From: a virus
Length of the DNA: 35,822 nt
UHGV virus genome: UHGV-1355336
Strand: one strand, 5' to 3'
The notes below the pieces were generated by a model. The model did no database searches and was not told where the DNA came from. It was given only the letters and a program-made list of their open reading frames with translations. Each line of letters opens with the position of its first letter. Within the stretch, counting starts at the first letter, position 1. Below are positions 22,515 through 31,503 of the stretch, piece after piece. Both the position numbers and the translations under genes were made by a program.

Positions 22515-22778
22515 ATGTCATCTCAAAACTACACAGAGAAAGCAGTAAAGGCTGCGGGAAAGTCTTTATCTGAAGTAGCCCGTCGCTTTGGTTTTAAGTC
22601 CACTCAATCCGTCGCCAATTGGGTAATTAACAATCAAGTCCCGTCAGAACGGGTTTTACAACTTTGTGAGTTGGGAAACTGGTCCGTGACCCCTCATGAA
22701 CTGCGTCCTGATATTTACCCCAATCCAAATGATGGATTACCTGAGTGCTATTCAAAAGTTAGCGGTTCAACTGCGTAA
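22515..22778 (+). CDS. Cro-like / YdaS-family HTH regulator
   Basis: 87 aa, SD GAGGAG upstream; HTH (LSEVARRFGFKSTQSVANWV) and C-terminal ...HELRPDIYPNPN typical of YdaS-type proteins. Confidence 0.65.
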   Translation: MSSQNYTEKAVKAAGKSLSEVARRFGFKSTQSVANWVINNQVPSERVLQLCELGNWSVTPHELRPDIYPNPNDGLPECYSKVSGSTA

Positions 22779-22806
22779 ACGTAACCACAGAAACGAGGAA
22801 TGAACC

Positions 22807-23391
22807 GTGGGTAAAGAACCTGAATGGAAAGTTGATAAGCAACCAGCATGGCTGGTGGCAGCAATACGAAGAACGATTGCTGATTTACCTCATGGCTATG
22901 AGGAAGCAGCGGAAATTCTTGGTTTGTATAAATCTGATGATATCACCCCAGCGAAAGATCAATTGCATAACAGACTGCGTAGCGGTGGGGATCAAATTTT
23001 TCCACTTGAGTGGGCCATGGTTTTACAGGATGCCAGTGGTACCAGGCATGTAACGGATGCGATAGCGCGTCGTAGTAATGGGGTGTTTGTGCCGCTGGTG
23101 AACATTGATGACATTGACAATGGTGACATTAATCAGCGGCTGATGGAGTCAATAGAATGGATTGGCAAGCATTCCCAGTACTTACGCAAGGCAACTGCTG
23201 ATGGAGTTATTGACCAGGCTGAGCGTGAGCAAATCGAAGAGAACAGCTACCAAGTAATGGCGAAGTGGCAGGAGCATTTAACACTGTTATTTCGTGTTTT
23301 TTGTGCGCCGGAAAAGAGTAACGCCCGCGAGTGTGCAGCTCCGGGCGTCGTGGCGTCGATTGCTTCTGGTTGTGGAGAAACTAACGCATGA
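22807..23391 (+). CDS. Early regulatory protein (YdaT/CII-like), function uncertain
   Basis: 194 aa, GTG start with AGGA upstream; position directly after the cro-like gene. Confidence 0.45.
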   Translation: MGKEPEWKVDKQPAWLVAAIRRTIADLPHGYEEAAEILGLYKSDDITPAKDQLHNRLRSGGDQIFPLEWAMVLQDASGTRHVTDAIARRSNGVFVPLVNIDDIDNGDINQRLMESIEWIGKHSQYLRKATADGVIDQAEREQIEENSYQVMAKWQEHLTLLFRVFCAPEKSNARECAAPGVVASIASGCGETNA

Positions 23392-23726
23392 ACAGTTTAA
23401 CAACACACTACCGTCGCTCGCAACTGATTGCGCTTCCTGTACCGGGTGGAAAAGCGAAGGTGGAGTATTGCTATGCGGTGAATGTACCAGGTGACAGGGA
23501 AATTGTAACCCACAGCTTTGCAGAGTGGGCTGTGGGTGATTTCAACCGGCAGAAGGAGACAGTCCTTTGCAACAAGTTAACCGCTGGTTCAAAGATCACT
23601 ACGGAGTGCCCGTCAGAGTCATTCGTTGGGAACCGGAAACACAACGGGTTATCTACCTCCGCGAAGGCTATGAGCATGAATGCTTCAGCCCGCTCGAACA
23701 GTTTCGTCGTAAATTCAGGGAAATAG
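23388..23726 (+). CDS. Hypothetical protein; 3' half may be out of frame (see findings)
   Basis: N-terminal 60 aa protein-like; C-terminal part low-complexity, while an overlapping frame encodes a better-looking 59-aa sequence ending at ~23749. Confidence 0.3.
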   Translation: MNSLTTHYRRSQLIALPVPGGKAKVEYCYAVNVPGDREIVTHSFAEWAVGDFNRQKETVLCNKLTAGSKITTECPSESFVGNRKHNGLSTSAKAMSMNASARSNSFVVNSGK

Positions 23727-23735
23727 AGGTCGGTC

Positions 23736-24683
23736 ATGAGCACTAAATTAACCGGCTATGTATGGGATGGTTGCGCTGCGTCAGGCATGAAGTTATCCAG
23801 CGTGGCAATTATGGCCCGCCTGGCTGATTTCAGTAATGACGAAGGTGTGTGCTGGCCATCAATTGAAACCATTGCCCGCCAGATTGGCGCGGGGATGAGC
23901 ACCGTCAGAACGGCTATCGCACGGCTGGAAGCAGAAGGCTGGTTAACGCGTAAGGCGCGTCGCCAGGGTAACCGCAATGCGTCGAATGTTTATCAGCTTA
24001 ACGTTGCGAAGCTTCAGGCAGCGGCATTTTCTCAACTGTCAGATTCTGACCCGTCAAAATCTGACGCATCAAAATCTGACCAGTCAAAATTTGATGCGTC
24101 GAAATCTGGCAAAAAAGCGGGTTTTCACCCGTCAGAATCTGGCGGGGATCCGTCAGTAAAATCAAAACATGATCCGTCAGATAAAAAAACTTCTCGTCCG
24201 GACGCTTCGCAACCGGACACGCAGACGGCTGAACAGGAGTTTTTAACTCGCCATCCTGATGCGGTTGTATTCAGCCCTAAAAAGCGCCAGTGGGGAACGC
24301 AGGATGATTTGACCTGCGCACAGTGGCTCTGGAAAAAAATCATCGCCCTGTACGAGCAGGCCGCCGAATGTGACGGCGAGGTGGTTCGTCCCAAAGAACC
24401 GAACTGGACAGCATGGGCAAACGAAATTCGCCTGATGTGTGTGCAGGATGGTCGTACTCACAAACAAATCTGCGAGATGTACAGCCGCGTCAGCCGCGAT
24501 CCGTTCTGGTGCCGTAACGTGCTCAGCCCGTCGAAGCTGCGGGAAAAATGGGATGAGCTTTCCCTGCGCTTATCGCCGTCCGTCAGCACGTACACCGAAA
24601 AACGCGAAGACCCGTACTTCAAAGCCAGTTACGACAACGTGGACTACAGCCAGATCCCGGCAGGATTCAGGGGGGGATCATGA
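23736..24683 (+). CDS. Replication initiator (lambda O-like) with internal origin iterons
   Basis: 315 aa; N-terminal winged-helix-like region; central DPSKSDASKSDQSKFDASKSG encoded by tandem 15-bp repeats; position after cro/cII-type genes. Confidence 0.65.
   Translation: MSTKLTGYVWDGCAASGMKLSSVAIMARLADFSNDEGVCWPSIETIARQIGAGMSTVRTAIARLEAEGWLTRKARRQGNRNASNVYQLNVAKLQAAAFSQLSDSDPSKSDASKSDQSKFDASKSGKKAGFHPSESGGDPSVKSKHDPSDKKTSRPDASQPDTQTAEQEFLTRHPDAVVFSPKKRQWGTQDDLTCAQWLWKKIIALYEQAAECDGEVVRPKEPNWTAWANEIRLMCVQDGRTHKQICEMYSRVSRDPFWCRNVLSPSKLREKWDELSLRLSPSVSTYTEKREDPYFKASYDNVDYSQIPAGFRGGS
24039..24188. repeat. Iteron array (candidate ori): ~5 tandem 15-bp units of consensus CCGTCAAAATCTGAC plus 3 spaced copies and an A-rich tract
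   Basis: Repeats read directly: ccgtcaaaatctgac / gcatcaaaatctgac / cagtcaaaatttgat / gcgtcgaaatctggc / ccgtcagaatctggc ... followed by gataaaaaaac. Confidence 0.65.
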
Positions 24684-25168
24684 GTCTTTTGAATGACGTT
24701 CAGAAATTCATTGAAGCCCATCCGGGGTGTACTTCCGGAGACATTGCGGATGCTTTTGCAGGTTACTCACGACAGCGCGTTCTGCAGTCAGCAAGCAAGT
24801 TACGTCAGAGTGGGCGTGTGGCTCACCGTTGTGAAGGGGATACACGCAGACATTTCCCGCGGCTGACTGAGATACCGCAGGAGCCGGAACCGCAACCAGT
24901 TCGTGAATCCAGACCTGTGCGCAATTTCTATGTCGGCACTAACGATCCCCGGGTGATTTTGTGCCTGACCCGCCAAGCGGAAGAACTGGAGTCCAGGGGC
25001 TTATACCGTCGTGCTGCAACGGTGTGGATGGCGGCATTCCGTGAAAGCCACTCCCAGCAAGAGCGAAACAATTTTCTTGCGCGTCGTGAGCGGTGTTTAC
25101 GGAAAAGCAGCAAGCGCGCTGTATCGGGTGAAGAGTGGTATCTGTCAGGGAATTACGTGGGGGCTTAA
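24680..25168 (+). CDS. Hypothetical nin-region protein
   Basis: 162 aa, start overlaps the O-like stop (ATGA). Confidence 0.45.
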   Translation: MSLLNDVQKFIEAHPGCTSGDIADAFAGYSRQRVLQSASKLRQSGRVAHRCEGDTRRHFPRLTEIPQEPEPQPVRESRPVRNFYVGTNDPRVILCLTRQAEELESRGLYRRAATVWMAAFRESHSQQERNNFLARRERCLRKSSKRAVSGEEWYLSGNYVGA

Positions 25169-25494
25169 TGACGACGTTAACTCAATGCCAGCAGCAGGTG
25201 CTGGATATGCTGATTTCTTACCAGAAAGAACGTGGCTTCCCGCCAACCAATCAGGAGGTGGCTACCATGCTGGGATACCGTTCAGTGAATGCAGCGGTGG
25301 AGCATCTTCGCGCACTGGAGAAAAAAGGCGTCATCACGATAAAGCGTGGCGTGGCCCGGGGCATCACGCTTCATACCGCGGTGAAGGACGACGACAGCGA
25401 GGTGGCCGGGATTATCCGCGCACTGCTTGCTGGTGAGGAAAACGCCAGGCTGCGTGCAGCCCACTGGTTACATGAGAGGGGGCTGAAAGTATGA
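25168..25494 (+). CDS. LexA N-terminal DNA-binding-domain homologue lacking the peptidase domain
   Basis: MTTLTQCQQQVLDMLISYQKERGFPPTNQEVATMLGYRSVNAAVEHLRALEKKGVI parallels LexA [56 protein letters not shown]; only ~109 aa. Confidence 0.6.
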   Translation: MTTLTQCQQQVLDMLISYQKERGFPPTNQEVATMLGYRSVNAAVEHLRALEKKGVITIKRGVARGITLHTAVKDDDSEVAGIIRALLAGEENARLRAAHWLHERGLKV

Positions 25495-25880
25495 AGCTGA
25501 TTCTGCCTTTTCCACCCAGCGTGAACACCTACTGGCGACACCCCAACAAAGGGGCATTTGCTGGTAAGAGCCTGATAAGCGCGGCGGGGCGAAAATTCCA
25601 GAGTGCGGCGTGCACAGCAATAGTTGAGCAGTTACGTCGTCTGCCGAAACCAACGTCGGCACCTGCTTCAGTGGAGATCGTGTTGTTTCCTCCGGATAAC
25701 CGGATCCGCGATCTGGACAACTATAACAAGGCGCTGTTTGACGCCCTGACCCACGCGGGTGTGTGGGAAGACGACAGCCAGGTGAAAAGAATGCTGGTGG
25801 AGTGGGGACCGGTTATCCCGGAAGGGAAGGTCGAGATCACTATCAGTAAGTACGAGAAAACGGCGGGTGCAGCCGCCTGA
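25491..25880 (+). CDS. rusA: RusA-family Holliday junction resolvase
   Basis: MKLILPFPPSVNTYWRHPNKG...DLDNYNKALFDALTHAGVWEDDSQV is the RusA signature. Confidence 0.85.
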   Translation: MKLILPFPPSVNTYWRHPNKGAFAGKSLISAAGRKFQSAACTAIVEQLRRLPKPTSAPASVEIVLFPPDNRIRDLDNYNKALFDALTHAGVWEDDSQVKRMLVEWGPVIPEGKVEITISKYEKTAGAAA

Positions 25881-25899
25881 TCAAGAGGAGAAACGAAGT

Positions 25900-26897
25900 A
25901 TGAATAATCTGATGGTCATTGATGGTATTGAAGTTCGTCGTGATGCTTATGGGCGTTACAGCCTGAACGATCTGCATCGNNNNNNNNNNNNNNNNNNNNN
26001 NNNNNNNNNNNNNNNNNNNNNNNNNNNNNNNNNNNNNNNNNNNNNNNNNNNNNNNNNNNNNNNNNNNNNNNNNNNNNNNGTATTGAAGTTCGTCGTGATG
26101 CTTATGGGCGTTACAGCCTGAACGATCTGCATCGGGCTGCTGTTGTATTTGGTGCAAATGCCAGAACTAAGGAGCCGGGAAAGTTTCTTTCCAGCCAACA
26201 GATTACTGAGCTGGTTCAGGAATTGATCGATACCCAAAATTTGGGTGTCGGTTCATTCAATGAAACTACCCAAAATTTGGGTAGTAAACCAGTAAGTAAA
26301 ATAGAAGGGCGGAATGGAGGAACGTATGTCTGCAAGGAACTGGTGTATGCCTATGCAATGTGGATCAGCCCGTCATTCCATCTGAAGGTGATCCGTACTT
26401 TCGATATGGTAACCAGCACACCGGAAAAATTATCCGGGCAGGCTGCTGACAAGATGCAGGCTGGCGTGATCCTGCTGGACTTTATGCGCCGGGAATTAAA
26501 CCTGTCTAAGTCATCAGTGCTTGGAGCCTGTCAGAAGCTTCAGGAGGCTGTTGGCTTACCGAATCTGGCACCGCGCTATGCCATTGATGCTCCTGCTGAC
26601 GCGCCTGATGGCTCAAGTCGCCCCACGCTGTCGCTGAGTGCACTGCTGAAACAGTATGGTATCCGCCTGACGGCTAATCAGGCATATCACCAGATGGTGA
26701 AGCTGGGGATCGTTGAACAACGCGAACGATACAGCCGTACCGCGATTAACAACATCAAAAAATTCTGGTCGCTGACGGCGAAAGGCTGCATGTTCGGCAA
26801 GAACATCACCAGTCCTGCAAATCCGCGCGAGACGCAGCCGCATTTCTTCGAATCCCGATTCCCTGAGCTGTTAAAGCTGCTCGATACCGTTCATTGA
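25900..26897 (+). CDS. KilA-N domain protein (antirepressor/Roi-like), interrupted by an assembly gap
   Basis: MNNLMVIDGIEVRRDAYGRYSLNDLHRAA... (KilA-N-like); frame continues past the N-run to 26897; flanks of the gap duplicate the same ~55 nt. Confidence 0.55.
25980..26079. other. Assembly gap (100 N) flanked by duplicated sequence
   Basis: Run of N; GTATTGAAGTTCGTCGTGATGCTTATGGGCGTTACAGCCTGAACGATCTGCATCG occurs both just before and just after the gap. Confidence 0.95.
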
Positions 26898-26898
26898 G

Positions 26899-27894
26899 GT
26901 GACCGTGAGAGCACTACTGACCCCTGAAATTGCCCCGCGTATGGGGATCGTATTGTTCAGGCCAGGTTCAGAGCTGATGCCCCTGTTTATGCAGGGGCGT
27001 GTCCTGCTGGAGCCTGAGCCGGAACGTTATTCATCTTTCGCCAGTGGTGCCGTTCCGGCGGCATCACAACCGCTGGCGGATGATCCTGCCGTTCGGGCCG
27101 TGTTCCGCAATGAGGCAGTGATCCGTCGTGCTGGTGGCGTGGAATGTCTTGAAAGCTGGTTACTTCGTGAAAAGGGCTGTCAGTGGCCTCATTCCGACTG
27201 GCACAGCGAGAACATGACCACAATGCGACACGCGCCGGGCGCAATTCGTCTGTGTTGGCACTGCGATAACCAGTTGCGTGATCAGTTCACGGAACGGCTG
27301 GAATCAATGGCAACGGATAACTGTGCCCACTGGGTGTTATCTGTCGTGCGTCGGGATCTCGGTTTTGATGACAGTCACGTAGTGACAATGCCGGAACTGT
27401 GCTGGTGGCTGGTTCGTAATGACCTGGCGGATGCCTTACCGGAAAGTGCAGCCCGTAAGGCACTGAGATTACCGAAGCCGGTTGTGCCGTCTGTCACCCG
27501 GGAGAGTGACCTTGTTCCTTCGGTTCCTGCCACCAGCATTATCCAGGATAAAGCGAAAAAGGTGCTGGCGCTGAAAGTGGAGCCAGAGTCGCCGGAGTCT
27601 TTTATGTTACGCCCAAAACGTCGCCGCTGGGTTAATGAAAAGTACACGCGCTGGGTTAAGACACAGCCGTGTGCATGTTGTGGAAAGCCTGCTGATGATC
27701 CCCACCACCTGATAGGCCATGGTCAGGGTGGAATGGGTACAAAAGCGCATGACCTCTTTGTGTTGCCTTTGTGCAGAAAGCATCACGACGAGCTGCATGC
27801 GGATACCGTGGCATTTGAAGAGATGTATGGCTCCCAGCTGGAGCTGATATTTCGTTTTATCGATCATGCGCTGGCAATAGGCGTACTGGCGTAA
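26899..27894 (+). CDS. DUF968-type protein with HNH-like zinc-binding C-terminus (YdfU-like)
   Basis: 331 aa; C-terminal CACCGKPADDPHHLIGHGQGGMGTKAHDLFVLPLCRKHHDELH; directly upstream of Q. Confidence 0.55.
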   Translation: MTVRALLTPEIAPRMGIVLFRPGSELMPLFMQGRVLLEPEPERYSSFASGAVPAASQPLADDPAVRAVFRNEAVIRRAGGVECLESWLLREKGCQWPHSDWHSENMTTMRHAPGAIRLCWHCDNQLRDQFTERLESMATDNCAHWVLSVVRRDLGFDDSHVVTMPELCWWLVRNDLADALPESAARKALRLPKPVVPSVTRESDLVPSVPATSIIQDKAKKVLALKVEPESPESFMLRPKRRRWVNEKYTRWVKTQPCACCGKPADDPHHLIGHGQGGMGTKAHDLFVLPLCRKHHDELHADTVAFEEMYGSQLELIFRFIDHALAIGVLA

Positions 27895-27907
27895 GTGGAG
27901 AACGAGC

Positions 27908-28660
27908 ATGAACCTTGAAGCCTTACCAAAATATTACTCCCCAAAATCTCCAAAATTGAGCGATGACGCACCGGCGACAGGCTCAGGTGGTTTAACGATT
28001 ACGGATGTGATGGCTGCGCAGGGGATGGTGCAGTCGAAAGCACCGCTTGGGTTTGCCTTATTCCTGGCAAAAGTTGGTGTTCAGGATCCTCAGTTTGCGA
28101 TTGAAGGTCTGCTCAATTACGCGATGGCAATGGATAACCCGACATTGAACAAATTGAGTGAAGAAACCCGGTTACAGATCATCCCTTACCTTGTGAGTTT
28201 TGCCTTTGCTGATTATTCCAGGTCTGCGGCAAGTAAGGCTCGCTGTGAGCATTGTGCTGGTACTGGATTTCATAGTGTATTGCGCGAAGTGGTGAAACAC
28301 TCCAGAAGCGGGGAATCTGTTATCAAGGAAGAGTGGGTGAAGGAATTATGTCAGCATTGCCATGGTAAGGGAGAAGTCAGCACGGCTTGCAGAGGGTGTA
28401 AGGGTAAAGGCATTGTCCTGGATGAAAAAAGAACCCGGCTTCATGGCGCGCCTGTTTATAAGATTTGTGGGCGTTGCAATGGAAACCGGTTTAGTCGTTT
28501 ACCGACCACACTGGCACGACGTCATGTCCAGAAGCTGGTACCAGACCTGACTGATTATCAGTGGTACAAAGGATATGCAGACGTCATTGATAAACTGGTA
28601 ACAAAGTGCTGGCAGGAAGAAGCATTCGCTGAAGCACAATTGAGAAAGGTGACGAGATAA
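27908..28660 (+). CDS. Q: Late-gene antiterminator Q (QuuQ-type, 250 aa)
   Basis: Cys-rich zinc-binding region (CEHCAGTG...CQHCHGKG...CRGCKGKG...CGRCNG); followed by promoter-like sequence and an intrinsic terminator. Confidence 0.75.
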   Translation: MNLEALPKYYSPKSPKLSDDAPATGSGGLTITDVMAAQGMVQSKAPLGFALFLAKVGVQDPQFAIEGLLNYAMAMDNPTLNKLSEETRLQIIPYLVSFAFADYSRSAASKARCEHCAGTGFHSVLREVVKHSRSGESVIKEEWVKELCQHCHGKGEVSTACRGCKGKGIVLDEKRTRLHGAPVYKICGRCNGNRFSRLPTTLARRHVQKLVPDLTDYQWYKGYADVIDKLVTKCWQEEAFAEAQLRKVTR

Positions 28661-28691
28661 GTGATTTTCACCGAAGATGGCGACATGATGC

Positions 28692-28720
28692 TTGCATTTC
28701 TCAAAAAATATGGATAAGAT
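28692..28720 (+). promoter_or_regulatory. Candidate late promoter pR' (TTGCAT-17-TAAGAT)
   Basis: Sigma-70-like hexamers with 17-nt spacer ~30 nt after the Q stop and ~45 nt before a terminator. Confidence 0.4.
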
Positions 28721-28765
28721 TTTCCCAACGATGGGCTTTGTATGTCTACCGTTGATGAGTCCAAG

Positions 28766-28797
28766 AACCCGCCGCCGAGCGGGTTAAATTATTTTTT
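28766..28797 (+). terminator. Candidate tR' intrinsic terminator
   Basis: AACCCGC-CGCCGA-GCGGGTT hairpin followed by AAATTATTTTTTCTT. Confidence 0.6.
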
Positions 28798-28814
28798 CTT
28801 ACACGGGGATATGG

Positions 28815-29345
28815 ATGTTATACCGAGATCTTTTGCCTATTTTCTCAGAAAGACCCATATTTAAAGCTCCTGAGGCTGAAAGAATACTTCGTGAGCAATA
28901 TTCTATCGCCGCCCCCACTCCTGTAATTCAGGAGATTTATTATGGATTGGCAGGTTATGACAGATTTCAGGAGCTTTATGGGGATCTTAATATTGACCAA
29001 ATCGAATGGAAATTGATTGAACTTCCCACTAAAAATTTTTTAACTATCGGGGATAATGCTACTTACCCTGATTTTTTGCATGAGGTCGTTGAAGATTTCA
29101 CAACCCGTAAAGGCGATGTATTTATGGATGATGAAATAAAAGCGCATTGGTGTAATTTTGGCACATGGTGTGAACCTCCATTTTTTATAGATCGAGCTTT
29201 GCTGAAAAGTAATACAACAGGGCTTCATTTAATGGAAGGGCATACAAGAGTTGGAACCCTGTTAGGGGCAGTTAAGTATAACTTCGTTAAGCTTGCTAAT
29301 ACTCATAAAATTTATTATGCGCAAGCAAAAGAATGTATTAAATAA
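28815..29345 (+). CDS. Unknown-function protein (176 aa) in the Q-S cargo position
   Basis: ATG preceded by GGGGAT; AT-rich compared with flanking phage genes; followed by its own terminator; contains LMEGHTRVGTLLGA, weakly reminiscent of ParB/Srx DGHHR motifs. Confidence 0.5.
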   Translation: MLYRDLLPIFSERPIFKAPEAERILREQYSIAAPTPVIQEIYYGLAGYDRFQELYGDLNIDQIEWKLIELPTKNFLTIGDNATYPDFLHEVVEDFTTRKGDVFMDDEIKAHWCNFGTWCEPPFFIDRALLKSNTTGLHLMEGHTRVGTLLGAVKYNFVKLANTHKIYYAQAKECIK

Positions 29346-29381
29346 GTTGAGTGAAATTACTGTTTTTTTTTAACAATACTT

Positions 29382-29404
29382 ACCGCGTTCTCGCGGTTTT
29401 TTTA
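29382..29404 (+). terminator. Rho-independent terminator after the 176-aa ORF
   Basis: ACCGCG-TTCT-CGCGGT followed by TTTTTTT. Confidence 0.6.
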
Positions 29405-29526
29405 TAAATTAAACATTGGTGCAGTACGGTAAACACGCTGGTGGTCGTGAATACTGACTTTTTATCTTGCTGGCTTTTTAGACAAGAGTTATTGGTATGT
29501 CATGTTAACCATGAAGGTAAAAAGAC

Positions 29527-29721
29527 ATGCTAAAACAGCAAGATATGACAGAAACGGCGAAAGTTGTTTTTAATGAATTAAACGGCAAACCGGCAACAGT
29601 CGGGGAGATAGCACAAAACACATACCTTTCACGCGAACGCTGTCAGTTAATACTGACCCAGCTGGTTATGGCGGGGCTGGCAGATTACCAGTTCGGCTGT
29701 TACAGACGCCTTCAGCAATGA
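29527..29721 (+). CDS. Small hypothetical protein (64 aa), possible winged-helix DNA binder
   Basis: MLKQQDMTETAKVVFNELNGKPATVGEIAQNTYLSRERCQLILTQLVMAGLADYQF; weak RBS; call is tentative. Confidence 0.35.
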   Translation: MLKQQDMTETAKVVFNELNGKPATVGEIAQNTYLSRERCQLILTQLVMAGLADYQFGCYRRLQQ

Positions 29722-29870
29722 AGGGCTTTTAATTTGTGAAAATGGGCGGCTGGTGGGTGTTGGTAGCACCTGCCAGCCATTCGCTCATGCTTACTGGTCA
29801 CAAGCGAACCATGGCCCACTGCTTTAGCGCAAAAGCAGAGTGAGCCTACCAGAGTTACGCTTACTGATCC

Positions 29871-30932
29871 ATGAAAAACACTGTAAAAATAAACAGTATT
29901 GATTTAATCAACGCTGATTGCCTGCATTTTATTCAGTCCCTGCCTGATGATTCCATTGACCTGATTGTTACCGATCCGCCTTACTTCAAGGTGAAACCCA
30001 ACGGTTGGGACAATCAGTGGAAAGGGGACGAAGATTACCTTAAGTGGCTGGACCACTGTCTGGCCCAGTTCTGGCAGGTGTTGAAACCTGCCGGAAGCCT
30101 TTACCTGTTCTGTGGGCATCGCCTGGCATCTGATATTGAGATCATGATGCGTGAACGTTTCAACGTGCTTAACCATATCATCTGGGCGAAGCCGTCCGGA
30201 CGTTGGAATGGGTGTAATAAAGAAAGTCTGCGCGCATATTTTCCTGCCACAGAGCGCGTTCTGTTTGCTGAACATTACCGGGGGCCATATCGCGGCAAAA
30301 GTGACGGCTATGTGGCAAAAGAAAGGGAACTCAAACAGCACATAATGGCACCGCTGATATCGTATTTCAGGGATGCTCGTGCCGAACTGGGTATAACGGC
30401 AAAACAAATTGCCGAAGCCACAGGTAAGAAAAATATGGTTTCCCACTGGTTTGGTGCCAGTCAGTGGCAGTTGCCGAATGAGGCTGACTACCGGAAGTTA
30501 CAGGCACTGTTTTCCCGTATAGCGGCAGAGAAGTTTCAGGAACAACAACTGGAACAACCACACCACCAGTTGGTGGCATCTTATGATTCACTGAATCGCA
30601 AATATTCTGAATTGCTGGATGAGTTTAAATCTCTCCGGCGCTATTTCTCCGTATCAGTCTCCGTGCCTTATACCGATGTCTGGATGCATAAACCCGTTCA
30701 GTTCTACCCGGGTAAACATCCGTGTGAGAAACCGGCGGATATGCTCAGGCAAATAATCAATGCCAGTAGTCGACCCGGCGATCTGGTTGCTGATTTCTTT
30801 ATGGGATCCGGTTCCACAATAAAAGCAGCAATGGCGCTGGGGCGTCGGGCGTTAGGTGTTGAGCTTGAGACAGAGCGGTTTAATCAGACCATCCAGGAAA
30901 TCAGTATGTTATCAGCAAATACAATTTTGTGA
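29871..30932 (+). CDS. DNA methyltransferase, beta-class (motif IV DPPY before motif I FxGxG); likely N6-adenine, orphan
   Basis: VTDPPYF near the N-terminus and DFFMGSGST near the C-terminus; no adjacent restriction endonuclease candidate. Confidence 0.8.
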   Translation: MKNTVKINSIDLINADCLHFIQSLPDDSIDLIVTDPPYFKVKPNGWDNQWKGDEDYLKWLDHCLAQFWQVLKPAGSLYLFCGHRLASDIEIMMRERFNVLNHIIWAKPSGRWNGCNKESLRAYFPATERVLFAEHYRGPYRGKSDGYVAKERELKQHIMAPLISYFRDARAELGITAKQIAEATGKKNMVSHWFGASQWQLPNEADYRKLQALFSRIAAEKFQEQQLEQPHHQLVASYDSLNRKYSELLDEFKSLRRYFSVSVSVPYTDVWMHKPVQFYPGKHPCEKPADMLRQIINASSRPGDLVADFFMGSGSTIKAAMALGRRALGVELETERFNQTIQEISMLSANTIL

Positions 30933-30942
30933 ATTAATTCAA

Positions 30943-30971
30943 TTATTGGTGGGATGTCTGTGCCGTATAAT
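30943..30971 (+). promoter_or_regulatory. Candidate sigma-70 promoter (TTATTG-17-TATAAT) just after the methyltransferase gene
   Basis: Perfect -10 hexamer TATAAT at ~30966-30971; no ORF of 60 aa or more for ~1 kb downstream. Confidence 0.35.
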
Positions 30972-31173
30972 GATTACAGATACAGTGTATCCTGCAATGC
31001 AGCAGGGCTGATGTGGTGGGTTGTACATAGCCTGCAAAGGATTGGCTTCATTAATTCATCGTTGATACAAGCGAGTCACGGTTGACCACGCCAACGGCTC
31101 ATCGGTAAAAATCCGACACCGTGTCTTCTTAACTCACTTATTGTTTCCACCCATGTTTTTGGATACCTGCTGT

Positions 31174-31214
31174 AGCTGTCAGATTAGCGCGATAATCTGA
31201 CAGCTTTTTTTTTA
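31174..31214 (+). terminator. Strong intrinsic terminator (13-bp stem AGCTGTCAGATTA..TAATCTGACAGCT then T9)
   Basis: Read directly; about 235 nt downstream of the candidate promoter. Confidence 0.6.
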
Positions 31215-31503
31215 CAACGAATCCTTCTGATCTGCTTTTGCGGGGCTTTTTTGTATCCGCTCCATGCCCGGCGTATAAGCGGAGGTTGGTCAGTTTTCTA
31301 AAAATTGAAATACCTCACAATTCAGCCAGTTAATGGTTGTTTGTCTGGCGAAGAGTTTGTAAATAAAAAAACGCATGGTGAATCCCCCTAAGCGGCGGGG
31401 CGAATCAGCAGTCAGTTCTGGGATAATCGCGGGTTCGTATGCTGATGCCGGACTCACCGGGAGGCACCCGGCACCATGCATCATGGTCATCCCCTTGTAT
31501 GAT

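Noticed and set aside
24039-24188. CRISPR-like repeat array
   Set aside because: Repeats are 15 bp, contiguous without spacers, lie inside a coding sequence and fit iteron architecture; no cas genes.
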